Assembly: GCA_051362555.1 (NCBI GenBank)
Contig: CM120645.1
Location: forward strand, 12,958,001 to 13,022,000
Direction: 5' to 3'
From: Lingula anatina
Lineage: Eukaryota; Animalia; Brachiopoda
Length of the DNA: 64,000 nt
Both the position numbers and the translations under genes were made by a program. The notes under the pieces were generated by a model. The model was not told the DNA's origin, ran no database searches, and saw only the letters and a program-made list of their open reading frames with translations. Shown piece by piece: positions 21,289 to 33,856 of this stretch (position 1 is its first letter; the number at the start of each line of letters is the position of its first letter).

Positions 21289-23802
21289 TTCAACTTTGTT
21301 CGGTGTTTAGAACTGTATTTCACAATGGTTTTATTCCATTGTTCGCACTGTCCTATAAAGAATTCACATACCAGTTCAATTCGTATCTCGCGTTTCAAAA
21401 TCTTTCGAGGTAGACAATCACAGTAGGTCCTATAGTATAAATTAAATTTGGAATATCACCTCTTACTTGCTCTAAAATGCGTCCAATGAAATATTGTCTG
21501 AATTTTAGTCGAGTGTAGTCCAATTACCAACTAGCCGTCCAAGTGCGGTAGTATATTTCAGACGACAATGGATTACTGAGTCTGTGGCGTGACGTGATTT
21601 GATGTAGGATATAAACCAAATGAAGCATACGATGGCTGGAAACTCCAAGAACCCGGATCAAAATTGATCATGTGTATAATACAAAGCATAATATTACTGT
21701 TGCCATAGCACCATTAATTGGTTATCTCATATATTGCATGATCTGAGTGGAGATCAAATAGGCTCTATTCTGTCAGGACATTTGTCTTCAGAACTGCTAA
21801 TAGCAGAAATGCTTATCTACCCTGACATTGATCATTATCTCTGAGCTCGCTAAAATGTATTTTGGCCCATCAATTACTTTGAAACCTTAATAGGATTTAA
21901 CGTAATTGGTTTCGTCGTTGGTGGAATGAATTCAATTCTTACAACACCCAACAAAGCAACCAAAAGGCTTGACACATTAATACAATTAAGTTCACAAACG
22001 GCGGAGTTTTTACAACAGATAACAGTAATGTAGTATATATACGCGCTATTCTAATGGAAAAGCTAAATGCACCTTAAATAAAATACTTGAAAAAAGACGG
22101 AATTTTTTTGTTATTTGAAACTCAAACTAGTTTTGTGATCATTAACCACAGTTTGGCTTAAAGGTGCCGTGTTTAAATACATTTTATCCCCAAAAGATAT
22201 ACACCTTACATGTCGAGAGATGACCTAGGATATTGATCGGGCAGACAGCATTGAAATAAAATTGTTCTCAGAGTAATAACTTGCGAAAATTCATGTTTTT
22301 TACAATATTAGATTGGCGGGTATTTGTAGGTCTTTCACCTTTCTTTTTTTTTAATTAGCGAGTGGTGAATTCTGTCAATGGCCTTGGTTGTTAAAGTGCG
22401 TCCTCTTTAGTCTCCTTATATCGTAAAATTCATCAAAATTATATAGGGCCTGACAGTCTCATTTTGCTTGTGGAGGGCTGTTAACTTTCATCCATATTTG
22501 CTGGCTCTACTGGAATTGTCACAAAACCAAATTTTGAATAACCATTTCCTAAGAAAAAAATTATACACAAAAATGCTTAATGTTGGAGAGCTATGGTATT
22601 AAATAGGCCATACCAATTTTCAAATCTCTGTTTCCAAAATTAAGGACAGGATTGGCTTTCAAAATTTGTGAATATTTTCATGTTTTCACCTCTCAGATCC
22701 ATATTATAGTCTGTCTCCGGAATAAATCTTATTGTTATAGGACAACACCTATAGTATCATCCTATCATCCTACAAGACTGGCAGTGAATAAATCAGGAAT
22801 TGAATTTTATGGGAATTTTTAAGTGTTGAAATTGTAATTTTTTAATATTGCATTTGTAACTTTGAAAATAAATTCTCTATGTCCGAAATCTGGATCAGTT
22901 GAAACTTGGTGAAATCATAGATAAACCCACCCTACATTAGCCAAAGAAAAATGGAGTGCGTTCACAAACATCTCAATTTTCTATGATTTTTTGTAAACTT
23001 TGTCTCATATTAAAAGATAGGGATTTTCATTTTTTTAATTTTTTTCCATCCAGACAAAGTTGCCTATGTTAAACAAAAAAACGTAGGGCGCTGTCCGAAA
23101 TCATACCAATTTGCGGAATATTTACAAAACAATTATTTGAAAATTTCGGCTCCTGCAGTGCAAACATAGCAACAAACAAACAATCGAGCAGACTTACAAA
23201 CTTGCATTTTTTTCGCTAGTAATATTATTCAATTAAAGGCATTGACGTACATCATTCAAAACGAATGGAGCTAACAATGGACATTAAGGAGAAAAGTGCT
23301 GAAAGCTTGAATTTGATACATTTTAAAACAGTATTTCGACCCCTCTGGCTTCCAATTTTGATGGTAGCCATTGAAGACCGTTTTATTCTGTATCTTTTCA
23401 AATTAATCTTTTCAAATTAATCTTTTCAATATTTCAGTCATTTGAAATCGATCATTACAAATATGTTCATCAAATTGATGTCAGAGTATGCTTTGTGCTT
23501 TTGGGCTTGTGTTCCATAGTATTCAAATATTGGATATGGTTCCAAGTGATAATTGCCAGCCCTGATGAACGTTCGCCTTATTGACTTAACCAATAAGGAC
23601 ACATGGACAATCTACATGTATTATCAAGACTATAATATACACGTATTATGTTGTCAACTGTTACAACTAAAAACATTCCTGGAAAGCCGACTCCATACCT
23701 TCCACTTTCATCATTTCAACTAACTAATGTCTGTTATTGCATTTCAGTTAATTGAATATATAACACTCATTTTATAAGATGCCATAAAAATTCAACAAAG
23801 TA

Positions 23803-25905
23803 TCACTGTAAAGGTTCATATCCAGGGGGTCTTTGGAGAGCTGCCTTCACTCTTTCCCAGAAGAGGTCTTGACCTTCTTCCTCGCGAGGCCACTCTATGT
23901 AGGTCTGCCTCCTGAGCAACAGGGTCAGTCTATTGCTGAGGTTCTCAGGTTTGATGTCCTCGAGCAATATCAAGACCAGAATATCTTTGTTCTCATCAAA
24001 TAGCTTGTGCTGAGCCATCGTCATTTCCAATTGGCACCATTGACTTTCAGCAAAGTTGTTGGACAATACGAGAATCGTCTTCCTGCTGACCTCTAAAGCG
24101 TCCACGATGTTATCCAAGATGTCATGGCCTACGATGAAATCTCTGTCGTGAAGACAAAGCTTGAAACCAGCGTCATATTCCAATTTCGGAAGCAGTCTTT
24201 GTATAACCCAGTGGCGATCGTGGCAATTGTAGGACACAAACGCGTCGAATACGAAGTTGCCGTTATTTTCAAAAGGTTCCAGACGCTTGTAACGCGAACG
24301 CAAGGTAAAGCACCAGTAGCGTATATACCATCGATAACGGTGGGACACCACTGTCACGAGTGCCAGAAATAACAATGCAGAGACGCCGATGGCACTGGCT
24401 ATGACCCATGCTGGCAGCGGCGTGCATTGGGCTTTGGTGGGGTGCCAATCTAGAAACGGAGTTCTTGCCAGTTTTGTGGGTTCGTAACAAATGTATTTAT
24501 GGAGCTGTAGGAGTTTTACCTTGGTTAATTGTATCCAATTCCGGAACCACAAATTTTCACACGTGCAGGTAAATGGGTTACCTGCCAAATTAATTTCCGT
24601 CAGATTAGTCCATATGAACTGCGGAAACGACGTTTCATTTAAAATACGAATGTGATTGTGATCCATGAACAGATTTTTTAATGACAGTAGCGGTTGGAAA
24701 ACGATTGGATCCCACGTTGACAAGTAGTTAGATTGCAGTTGAAGCGTACTCAGCATTCCATTGTTAGCAAACATTTTTGGAGGAAGGCTTGCTAGCTTAG
24801 AGTTATGGATATACAGATTCCGGAGTTTTGTGAGATTGCGGAACATTGTCTCTAATGCGGTAGAATTCATATCATTCAATTGGTTGTTGTGCATAGAAAG
24901 ATCGTGTAAGTTTGGTGAATTTGAGAATATGTCACATTGGTCCGAGGGAAAGATGTATTTGTTCATGCTTATGTCAAGATAGATGAGGGAATTGCTGGCA
25001 AGCGCCATCGGTAAAATCGATCGCAAATTCAGCTGATGCCTTAACATAACATGTTGCAATTTCGGCATGTATTGAAACATGTTGCCTGGTAGAATTTGGA
25101 TTAAATTCCATCCTAAGTCTAACTTTTTGGCGCTTTGTAAGGCTATGAAATCAGTAGGTGTGACATAGTTAATGTTATTTTTACCCAAGCTTAATTCAAA
25201 CAGATTTGGGAAGAATGGATGCGTTTCATTTCCAAAGTTTGGAATTTTGTTCAGGTGGTTATTACGTACATGTAAATCTAACCAGCGTAGATTCCTCAAA
25301 CCAGCAAACGTATCAGTCTCTACAGTTTGTAGACCATTTCCTCGAAAAAGGAGGGTTCTCAAATTGGTCAGATCTGCGAAAATGGAACCTGGAAGAGTGG
25401 TGATGCCATTATTGTGCAAGCCCAACTTTGTAAGATTGCTACTTTTAAGGCAACGGAAAAGAGATCTGTTTAGTGTTTTGGTTCTAGAGAGTCTTTTCAT
25501 TTTGCTTATTGAAAGAACTTGTATTGTTTTAGATATATAACAGAACACTGGCTCCAGAATATCCAGAGGTAATCTAGTGTTTTCCGTCAGATTTATGAAA
25601 CGTATGTTGATCAAGGGTTGAAAGGCAGCAATGTCTATGTCAATAAGATGGTTGCTGCCCAGCGACAGATTTTTCAGTTGAGAAAGGCCTGCAAAAGAAT
25701 CGTTTTGCAAAGTGACTATCCGGTTGCCGGTGAGAAACAGAGACAAGGTCGCATTGTCGCACTTGGGGACCTGGGTCAGGTTCAAATAATTACAATTCAC
25801 CTTTCGACGGTGATGATCGCATCGACATCCTTGTGGACAGTAGAAAGCTTCAACCGTCCAGTTAATTAGCATAAAGATCACCAATACCGCAACTGCTGTC
25901 TTCAT
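23803..25905 (-). CDS. Toll-like receptor, copy A (signal peptide, LRRNT, LRRs, single LRRCT, TM, TIR), about 700 aa
   Basis: Start MKTAVAVLV at 25905 just inside an acceptor (cag at 25920-25918); LxxLxLxxN repeats; NPFTCTC; TIR FDAFVSY / CLHDRDF / YIEWP. Confidence 0.95.
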   Translation of the reverse strand: MKTAVAVLVIFMLINWTVEAFYCPQGCRCDHHRRKVNCNYLNLTQVPKCDNATLSLFLTGNRIVTLQNDSFAGLSQLKNLSLGSNHLIDIDIAAFQPLINIRFINLTENTRLPLDILEPVFCYISKTIQVLSISKMKRLSRTKTLNRSLFRCLKSSNLTKLGLHNNGITTLPGSIFADLTNLRTLLFRGNGLQTVETDTFAGLRNLRWLDLHVRNNHLNKIPNFGNETHPFFPNLFELSLGKNNINYVTPTDFIALQSAKKLDLGWNLIQILPGNMFQYMPKLQHVMLRHQLNLRSILPMALASNSLIYLDISMNKYIFPSDQCDIFSNSPNLHDLSMHNNQLNDMNSTALETMFRNLTKLRNLYIHNSKLASLPPKMFANNGMLSTLQLQSNYLSTWDPIVFQPLLSLKNLFMDHNHIRILNETSFPQFIWTNLTEINLAGNPFTCTCENLWFRNWIQLTKVKLLQLHKYICYEPTKLARTPFLDWHPTKAQCTPLPAWVIASAIGVSALLFLALVTVVSHRYRWYIRYWCFTLRSRYKRLEPFENNGNFVFDAFVSYNCHDRHWVIQRLLPKLEYDAGFKLCLHDRDFIVGHDILDNIVDALEVSRKTILVLSNNFAESQWCQLEMTMAQHKLFDENKDILVLILLEDIKPENLSNRLTLLLRRQTYIEWPREEEGQDLFWERVKAALQRPPGYEPLQ

Positions 25906-26232
25906 GTCAGAACAAACCTGCGGATGAAAACAATGGCATGTATTTCTCATATTTGTTAACGTTGATGTGTTGGTATCTACATCTTGAGAATGTTAAACAT
26001 TTAGAAGATTCAGGCCCAAGCTCTAGTAACCCTGTGCTTGTGAAGGTCTTAACTAAACAGGTACAATATCCATGTCCCTGTAGCGATAACGATGAAATGT
26101 TGAGTACATATTATCACACAGGCACGGCAATCAGGTATGATTTCGTTACATAGGCTGTTAATTTTCTACTTGTATAGCTAAGATTTTGATCAGGAAATCA
26201 CGATTTCATGAATGCAATGTTGTGACAAAAAA

Positions 26233-26529
26233 GTCTCGAGCTCAGGGGCAGATCAAGGATTATTTGAAGGGGGGTCCGGAACGACAGGCCTCGGATGCGA
26301 AGCCGTCTATCGCCCCTCTGTGTGGGTTTGCTCCCCGCTCAAGGCCCCCAAAATTATTTTTTTTATTTTGGAGAGCAAACATTGCCATTTGGTACGGTTT
26401 AGAACTACGATTTAGTTAGTTAAAGATTCTAATTTCAAGATAGGAATATTGGAGTGATATATTTTTCAGAAACTGAAGGGAGAGGAGGTCAGGAACCCTT
26501 GACCCCCCCCCCTCTAAATCTGCCACTGG
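26233..26529. mobile_element. MITE-like repeat (caggggcagatc...aatctgccactg); homologues at about 32304-32577 and 53920-54201
   Basis: Short imperfect TIRs, shared ggattatttgaaggggggtccg and ccctctaaatcYgcca segments in three places. Confidence 0.55.
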
Positions 26530-27382
26530 ATAGACATGGTTTTTGAATCTGTATTCAATAAGGCCTGCATAGATGAGAAAACATTTCAAAATCGACCATT
26601 CTTTTGAATGTTATTTGGTTTGGCAAAACATTAGAAATGTTACCATCCGTGTTACTTCTTAACACATACCAGTGCGAAACAAAAGCAACACACTTAAGGA
26701 TGTGAATAAAGGTAAAAAAAAAACAAATACAAAGAAATTGCAAATAGCATGTTCATTATGACCTCTATATATAAAAAAAATGCAACCATGCCAAATACTA
26801 ATTTCTTTAATCTTTCACAATCTAACATAATCGAGTAAAGTTGAATTTATAGCAGTGTGTGCTTTTTGGCAGCACTAAATACTGTCGAAAATACAAGACA
26901 GTGTTGGCAAAAGAAAAAAATAAAGTCAAACACAGCAAACATGGACTGACATTTGAAAAGCCTGTGTAATTGACTGCAACCAGTGGCCTATATATAGATA
27001 TTTACTCAAGTGATGCAGCTATGAATGGCAGTGTTTATATTACAATCTAGAAGTCACATAGTGTTTGCGTTCACAACGGCCGAACATAACGAGGTTACAT
27101 CCAACTTTGCTTCCTGGTTAAGATTTGCTTTCTAGGCTCATATAAACATAAAATTCATGAACAGTTTCAAGAACATGAAGGTATTAAACAATGATTTATT
27201 AAGTACGAGTGCCAGTATAATACATGTCTTGGAAGTTAGGTTCGTTTTTTTATTCCTACGCATGATTAGAAAACATGGGGGCTCACAGTGGAGAAAAGTA
27301 GTCAGTTACATGTAGTACTATTGAATAAATATTTCAAAATAGGTTTATATAGAATTGCTTTCGATGGGGCACGTACACACAC

Positions 27383-27420
<38 letters not shown>

Positions 27421-29881
27421 TGACAAAAAACTGTGAAGATTTAACCTCTGCGTTCTATCGAAGTGAAGTTGACAACAGGAAGCAGTAAGATAAGATAAGA
27501 ATAACCTTAATTAATATAATCTGGATTTATGCTACAAACGTAATAATCACAAAAACCTCTCACCTTTAATTGTGCCTCTAGATATTGTAAGATATGTTGT
27601 ATACGTTTTACCTTCCACGTGGATAATGGGAGGGTTTTATAAAATTAGTCTAGCACCTCCACCATCAAACCTGTGACTGTATCGACAGGATCATCCAGGA
27701 AGTACAATCCGCGTATCGGGCGTATGGGTAGGGTGAAAGGGAATGTACCTGTAAGTAGTAACTAAGGCCATAACACTGGGGGGCCTTTAAAATGACCTAC
27801 ATATGACAAGCAAAAAGGAAACAGCACGTGGACCGAAGCGAGATCATAAATATATTTTGAACGTTTTGACATTGAGAAGCGATTGCCAATATTCATACTT
27901 ACAGTGTTTGAGAGATATTGGTAAATGCGTTTCCCGTCAGATACGGTCCTATTATATGGTATTTATTTGTGTAAAATGCCCTTAAACTGAAACACATTTT
28001 TCACCTCCAGTGCAATCGACTTGACCTGTATACCTAACTCCCTGGGGGTTCACGCTAAATAGCTGTCAGCCGGGCGGACACGAAAGTTAATTACCCCCTT
28101 ACAGCTTGTAGTAGGCGGAACGGACATTTAAGCCGGATTATCTGACAGTATTCTAGTGAGACTCCCCGAGGGGATAGATCGATCTAAAAGCTCTGGGAAT
28201 ACAGCCTAAGCCGCATCACTTGATTTTGTAGCCGGGCTTATTATTATTTTGTCAGTGATTGGGATAAATCTAGTCACAGAAATAAAACACCAGTCTCAGT
28301 TAGTTTCCAGAATCTGTATTGAACTATTTCCCCGATAAATGAAACTCCTAAACGGAGTCCGCTCATACAATTATTGGGCCGTCTCTCTGTCTATCCTAGA
28401 ATATAAATAACACAAAAATAGTAATTATGAAAAATACCAAGTAATGTAAGAATATTACGTAATTCAGACGTAATACGACGAACACTAATTGTCTCTTAAC
28501 CATACATAAACAACATGAGTGGTACGTGTAACATCATAGGTCGCATTCAACGATCTTCCCATGTTAATATACGATCTGAACTACCGCAGCGGAGGTTATT
28601 CGTTGGGTTCGTCACTTATTATTTCAAGGCAGGCTAACAATAAAACAACTACCACTATCATGATAAATCAGTGTACTAAAATACAGCGAGCACGCCGCAC
28701 GCGTCAAGGCAATGCAAACCTAAACACAACCGTACTAGCGTTCGCTAATGACCCGTTACAAACATGACCTGAGAAGTATGACATAATATTCTGAGCGCCT
28801 TTTTTCTAGCAAAAGCGGCATTATTCATTGAAATATTAAATAAAACGGTAGTAATCATTCCCGTTAGAGCACTGTAGAAAACAACGCACAAACCATTACT
28901 GTATTACTGTGCTAACAAAAGTAGAAAACGCAAAGTTACGATCTATGTCGGTAGCGTTTAACGGCATTAACTGGAGCTAGACTTTTTAACGTACGTAAAG
29001 CCACTTTTACATACCAGTATAGTAAACGTGAAACGTACTTTAAACTATTAAGTAGTAGTTATTTACTATGCTTACTTTCTATTCTGTTTCGCTGGCTCGT
29101 TTACTCTTATTTTCCTCCGTTTTTTTTTCTTCGATGAGAAATTTACTACTGTAAAATGCGAAATCAGCAGATGAGACTAAAAACAAAGGAATTTTTGTGA
29201 CCAATAAAATGTTGGTTTCGCTCATCAAGGGGATCTGGCCACCCTTGACGTCAGTAAACGCACCAAGCCCCCGGTTAGCGAACAAAAGGGCATCGGCCGC
29301 TCCCTAGACTTCCATTGTGCTGGTCCGCACATCTATCGCAATACTTACAATTGCAATTTAGCGAGAATCCCCTTAGATATAGATCTATCCACAGTTTGTA
29401 CGATAGGGTCTGGGAATTGTCACTTAATTACCGGTACGACAATATAAGAATTAGGTGCACTAGTAATTTTCTATTCAAATGAACCTGAATTATTGGTATG
29501 ACAGCACCCAGGGGATCGTGCAAAGCAATCTGTAAAGAAGTCCACTCTTAAAACAATATATAATCCTGTTTTACTAAATCAATGTATTCCAAGATACGTA
29601 ATGATACATTATACTGTATATAACAATACATACATGTAATATAAATGCTATATGCATGATACATAACAATATTTTTAATGATATATAACAATTAATATAT
29701 AACAATATTCCAAAATTGACTACACTGTACATTTTCGCCTTTTTGTCATTTAAATCATTCTAAAAGCAGTAAGATAAAACAGTTGATTAGCTCATTATTA
29801 CAGTATTTAAAGTTATACTTGATTCGCTTGGTTCATTTCTAGGGCCATGCAAAGTTTCTTAAAACTGGATGTGAAATATCA

Positions 29882-31975
29882 TTATAGCGTTCCATGCCCA
29901 TACGGTTTTTGGAGAGCTGCCTTCACTCTTTCCCAGAAGAGCTCTTGACCTTCTTCCTCGCAAGGCCACTTTATGTAGGTCTGCTTCCTGAGCAACAGGG
30001 TCAGTCTGTTGCTGAGGTTCTCAGGTTTAATGTCCTCGAGCAATATCAAGACCAGGATATCCTTGTTCTCATCAAATAGCTTGTGCTGAGCCATCGTCAT
30101 TTCCAATTGGCACCATTGACTCTGAGCAAAGTTGTTGGACAACACGAGAATCGTCTTTCTACTGACGTCTAAAGCGTCCACGATGTTATCCAAGATGTCA
30201 TGGCCTACGATGAAATCTCTGTCGTGAAGACAAAGTTTGAAACCAGCGTCATATTCCAATTTCGGGAGAAGTCTTTGTATAACCCAATGGCGATCATGGC
30301 AGTTGTAAGACACAAATGCGTCGAATACGAAGGTACCGTTATTTTCAAACGGTTCGAGGCGTTTGTAACGTGAACGCAGTGTAAAGCACCAGTAGCGTAT
30401 GTACCAGCGATATCGGTGTGTCGCCAATGTCACGAGTGCCAGAAATAACAGTGTAGGGACTCCGATAGCGCTGGCTATGACCCATGCTGGCAGCGGCGTG
30501 CATTGGGCCTTGGTAGGATGCCAATCTAGAAACTGGGTTTTTGCCAGTTTTTCGGGTGCGTAACACTGGTAGTAATGGAGCTGTAGGAGTTTTACCTTGG
30601 TGGATTGTATCCAATTCCGCAACCATAAATTTTCACACGTACAGGAAAAGGGGTTTCCCGCCAAATTAATTTCCGTCAGATTAGTCCATATGAACTGAGG
30701 AAACGACGTTTCATTTAGAATACGAATGTTATTGTGATCCATGAACAGTTTTTTTAATGACAGTAGCGGTTGGAAAACGATTGGATCCCACGTTGACAGG
30801 TAGTTAGATTGCAGTTGAAGCGTACTCAGCATTCCATTGTTAGCAAACATTTTTGGAGGAAGGTTTGCTAGCTTAGAGTTATGGATATACAGTTTCCGGA
30901 GTTTTGTGAGATTGCGGAACATTGTCTCTAATGCGGTAGAATTCATATCATTCAACTGGTTGTTGTGCATAGAAAGATCGTGTAAGTTTGGTGAATTTGA
31001 AAATATGTCACATTGGTTCGAGGAAAAGCTGTATTTGTTCATGCTTATGTCAAGATAGATGAGGGAATTGCTGGCAAACGCCATCGGTAAAATCGATCGC
31101 AAATTCAGCTGATGCCTTAACATAACATGTTGCAATTTGGGCATGTATTTAAACATGTTGCCTGGTAGAATTTGGATTAAATTCCATCCTAAGTCTAACT
31201 TTTTGGCACCTTTTAAGGCTATTAAATCAGTAGGTGTGACATAGTTAATGTTATTTTTACCCAAGCTTAATTCAAACAGATTTGGGAAGAATGGATGCGT
31301 TTCATTTCCAAAGTTTGGAATTTTGTTCAGGTGGTTATTACGTAAATCTAACCAGCGTAGATTCCTCAAACCAGCAAACGTATCAGTCTCTACAGTTTGT
31401 AGACCATTTCCTCGAAAAAGGAGGGTTCTCAAATTGGTCAGATCTGCGAAAATGGAACCTGGAAGAGTGGTGATGCCATTATTGTGCAAGCCCAACTTTG
31501 TAAGATTGCTACCTTTGAGGCAACGGAAAAGAGACCTGTTTAGTGTTTTGGTTCTAGAGAGTTTTTTCAATTTGCTTATTGAAAGTACTTGTATTGTTTT
31601 AGATGTATAACAGAACACTGGCTCCAGAATATCCAGAGGTAATCTAGTGTTTTCCGTCAGATTTATGAAACGTATGTTGATCAAGGGTTGAAAGGCAGCA
31701 ATGTCTATGTCAGTCAGATGGTTGCTGCCCAGCGACAGATTTTTCAGTTGAGAAAGGCCTGCAAAAGAATCGTTTTGCAAAGTGACTATCCGGTTGCCGG
31801 TGAGGAACAGAGACAAGGTCGCATTGTCGCACTTGGGGACCTGGGTCAGGTTCAAATAATTACAATTCACCTTTCGACGGTGATGATCGCATCGACATCC
31901 TTGTGGACAGTAGAAAGCTTCAACCGTCCAGTTGCTTAGCATAAAGATAACCAGTACCGCAACTGCTGTCTTCAT
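29882..31975 (-). CDS. Toll-like receptor, copy B (chimeric: ectodomain like copy A, TIR end and 3' flank like copy C)
   Basis: Start MKTAVAVLV at 31975; complete LRR-TM-TIR architecture. Confidence 0.95.
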   Translation of the reverse strand: MKTAVAVLVIFMLSNWTVEAFYCPQGCRCDHHRRKVNCNYLNLTQVPKCDNATLSLFLTGNRIVTLQNDSFAGLSQLKNLSLGSNHLTDIDIAAFQPLINIRFINLTENTRLPLDILEPVFCYTSKTIQVLSISKLKKLSRTKTLNRSLFRCLKGSNLTKLGLHNNGITTLPGSIFADLTNLRTLLFRGNGLQTVETDTFAGLRNLRWLDLRNNHLNKIPNFGNETHPFFPNLFELSLGKNNINYVTPTDLIALKGAKKLDLGWNLIQILPGNMFKYMPKLQHVMLRHQLNLRSILPMAFASNSLIYLDISMNKYSFSSNQCDIFSNSPNLHDLSMHNNQLNDMNSTALETMFRNLTKLRKLYIHNSKLANLPPKMFANNGMLSTLQLQSNYLSTWDPIVFQPLLSLKKLFMDHNNIRILNETSFPQFIWTNLTEINLAGNPFSCTCENLWLRNWIQSTKVKLLQLHYYQCYAPEKLAKTQFLDWHPTKAQCTPLPAWVIASAIGVPTLLFLALVTLATHRYRWYIRYWCFTLRSRYKRLEPFENNGTFVFDAFVSYNCHDRHWVIQRLLPKLEYDAGFKLCLHDRDFIVGHDILDNIVDALDVSRKTILVLSNNFAQSQWCQLEMTMAQHKLFDENKDILVLILLEDIKPENLSNRLTLLLRKQTYIKWPCEEEGQELFWERVKAALQKPYGHGTL

Positions 31976-33373
31976 GTCGGAACAAACCTGCAGATGAAAA
32001 CAACGGCATGTATTTCTCATATTTTTCAACGTATATGTTAAATATTTAGAAGATTCAGTCCCAAGCTCTAGTAACCCTGTCCTTGTGAAGGCCTTAACCA
32101 AACAGGTACAATATTCGTGCACCTCTAGCAACGACACTGATGAAATGTTTAGTGAATATTATCCCACGGTATCTTAACTCCAATAACACTATGGTATGGC
32201 TTGATTATTTATCTGTTTCTACAAGTATATCCAAGATTCTGATCAGGAAAATCACGATTTCATGCATACCATGTTGTGTCAAAAAAAAAAAAAATCTCGA
32301 GCTCAAGGGCGGATCAAGGATTGTTTGAAGGGGGGAACGGAACGACAGAGCTCGGATGCGAAGCCGACTATCGCCCCTTTTGTGGGTTTAGGGTGAAGGG
32401 CCCCGTAAAATCTTTGGGGTTTTGGAGAGCAAACAGTACCCTTTGGTACGGTTTAGAACTATGATTTAGTTAGTTAAAATTCTTATTTCAAGAGGGGGAA
32501 TATCGGAGTGATATGTTTTTCAGAAACCGAAGGGGGAGGGGATCAGGACCTCCTGACCCCCTCTAAATCCGCCACTGAACAGACATGGATTTGGAATCTA
32601 TATTCAATAAGACCTACATAGATGAGAAAACATTTCAAAATCGATAATCCTTTTGAAATTTATTTGGTTTGGCAAAAGATACGGTACGCGCAAGAAAAGT
32701 CCGTATCATTTCTTAACACATATCAGTACGAGACAAAAGCAACACAATTAAGGCTGTGAATAAAGGTAAAAAAATACAAAGAAATTTCATATAGCATGTC
32801 CAAGACGACCTTTTTGTATAAAAAAATGCCACCATGGCTTACAAGTATATACTAATTTCTATAATCTTTCACAATTTAGCATAATTGAGTAAAGTTGAAT
32901 ACTAGTGTGTGCTTCCTGGCGGCACTAAATACTGATGAAGATACAAGACAGTGTAGGCAAAAGGAAAAAAACGTTCTAAAGTCAAACATGTACTGGTATT
33001 TGAAAAGCCTGTGTAATTGACTGCAACCAGTGGCCTATATATAGATATTTACTCCAGTGATGCAGCTATGAGTGGCAGTGTGTATATTATTATCTACCGG
33101 TAGAAGTGGAGTGTTTGCGTTCACAACAGCCAAAGATATCCACGTTACATCCTCATTTGCTTCCTGGTTTTAAGATTTGCTTCCTAGGCTCATATGAACA
33201 TAAAATTCATTAACAGTTACAAAAACATGAAGGTATTAAACAATAATATATTAAGTATGATTGGCAGTATAATGCATGCCTTGGAAGTTAGGTTCGTTTA
33301 TTAATTCCTACGCATGATTGAAAAAACATGGGGGGGTCGCAATGGAGAAAACTAGACACGCCGAGCTACATGT

Positions 33374-33783
33374 CCCAGCGGGCAAATTATGTTGTTTTAA
33401 CGTAGAAACAACATTGAACCTTAACTATGAAAATACGTTGGATTAACATTGGATTTGAAAGTTGACTCAACGTCAGATAACAACATTGTATCAACCCCAG
33501 TTGTTAGACATTCTTGCATGAAAAGACATTAAAATGACCTGAAATGTTTTTATTTTTGGTACAAAACACAGGTACACAATTATAACGTACACTGTAAAAA
33601 CATCCAAGTGCCTGCTTTGTCTGATTTTTTCAACGCATTTAGCTCCTAAGCGTGGTACACCCTTTTAGCCTGGATGTGTTTAGCAGTAGGACATGTTTGA
33701 TGGCTAAATATATGTAGGGTATATATGCATGGCCTTTAAGTTACAATTTCCAAGGTTTAGATTAATATATATAGTTATTTTCT

Positions 33784-33856
<73 letters not shown>

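Noticed and set aside
24020-24045. WCQLE glutamate as evidence of TIR NADase activity
   Set aside because: This motif is common in animal TLR TIR domains and is not sufficient evidence of enzymatic activity.
28080-29340. Segment unique to the A-B spacer with gatagatcgatc-type motifs also near 36020 and 40740
   Set aside because: Probably old repeat fragments; no ends, TSD or coding capacity could be defined.
31976-32137. N-terminal extensions of TLR ORFs B, A and D in the ORF track
   Set aside because: A splice acceptor lies just upstream of the signal-peptide Met in each; the extensions are intronic.
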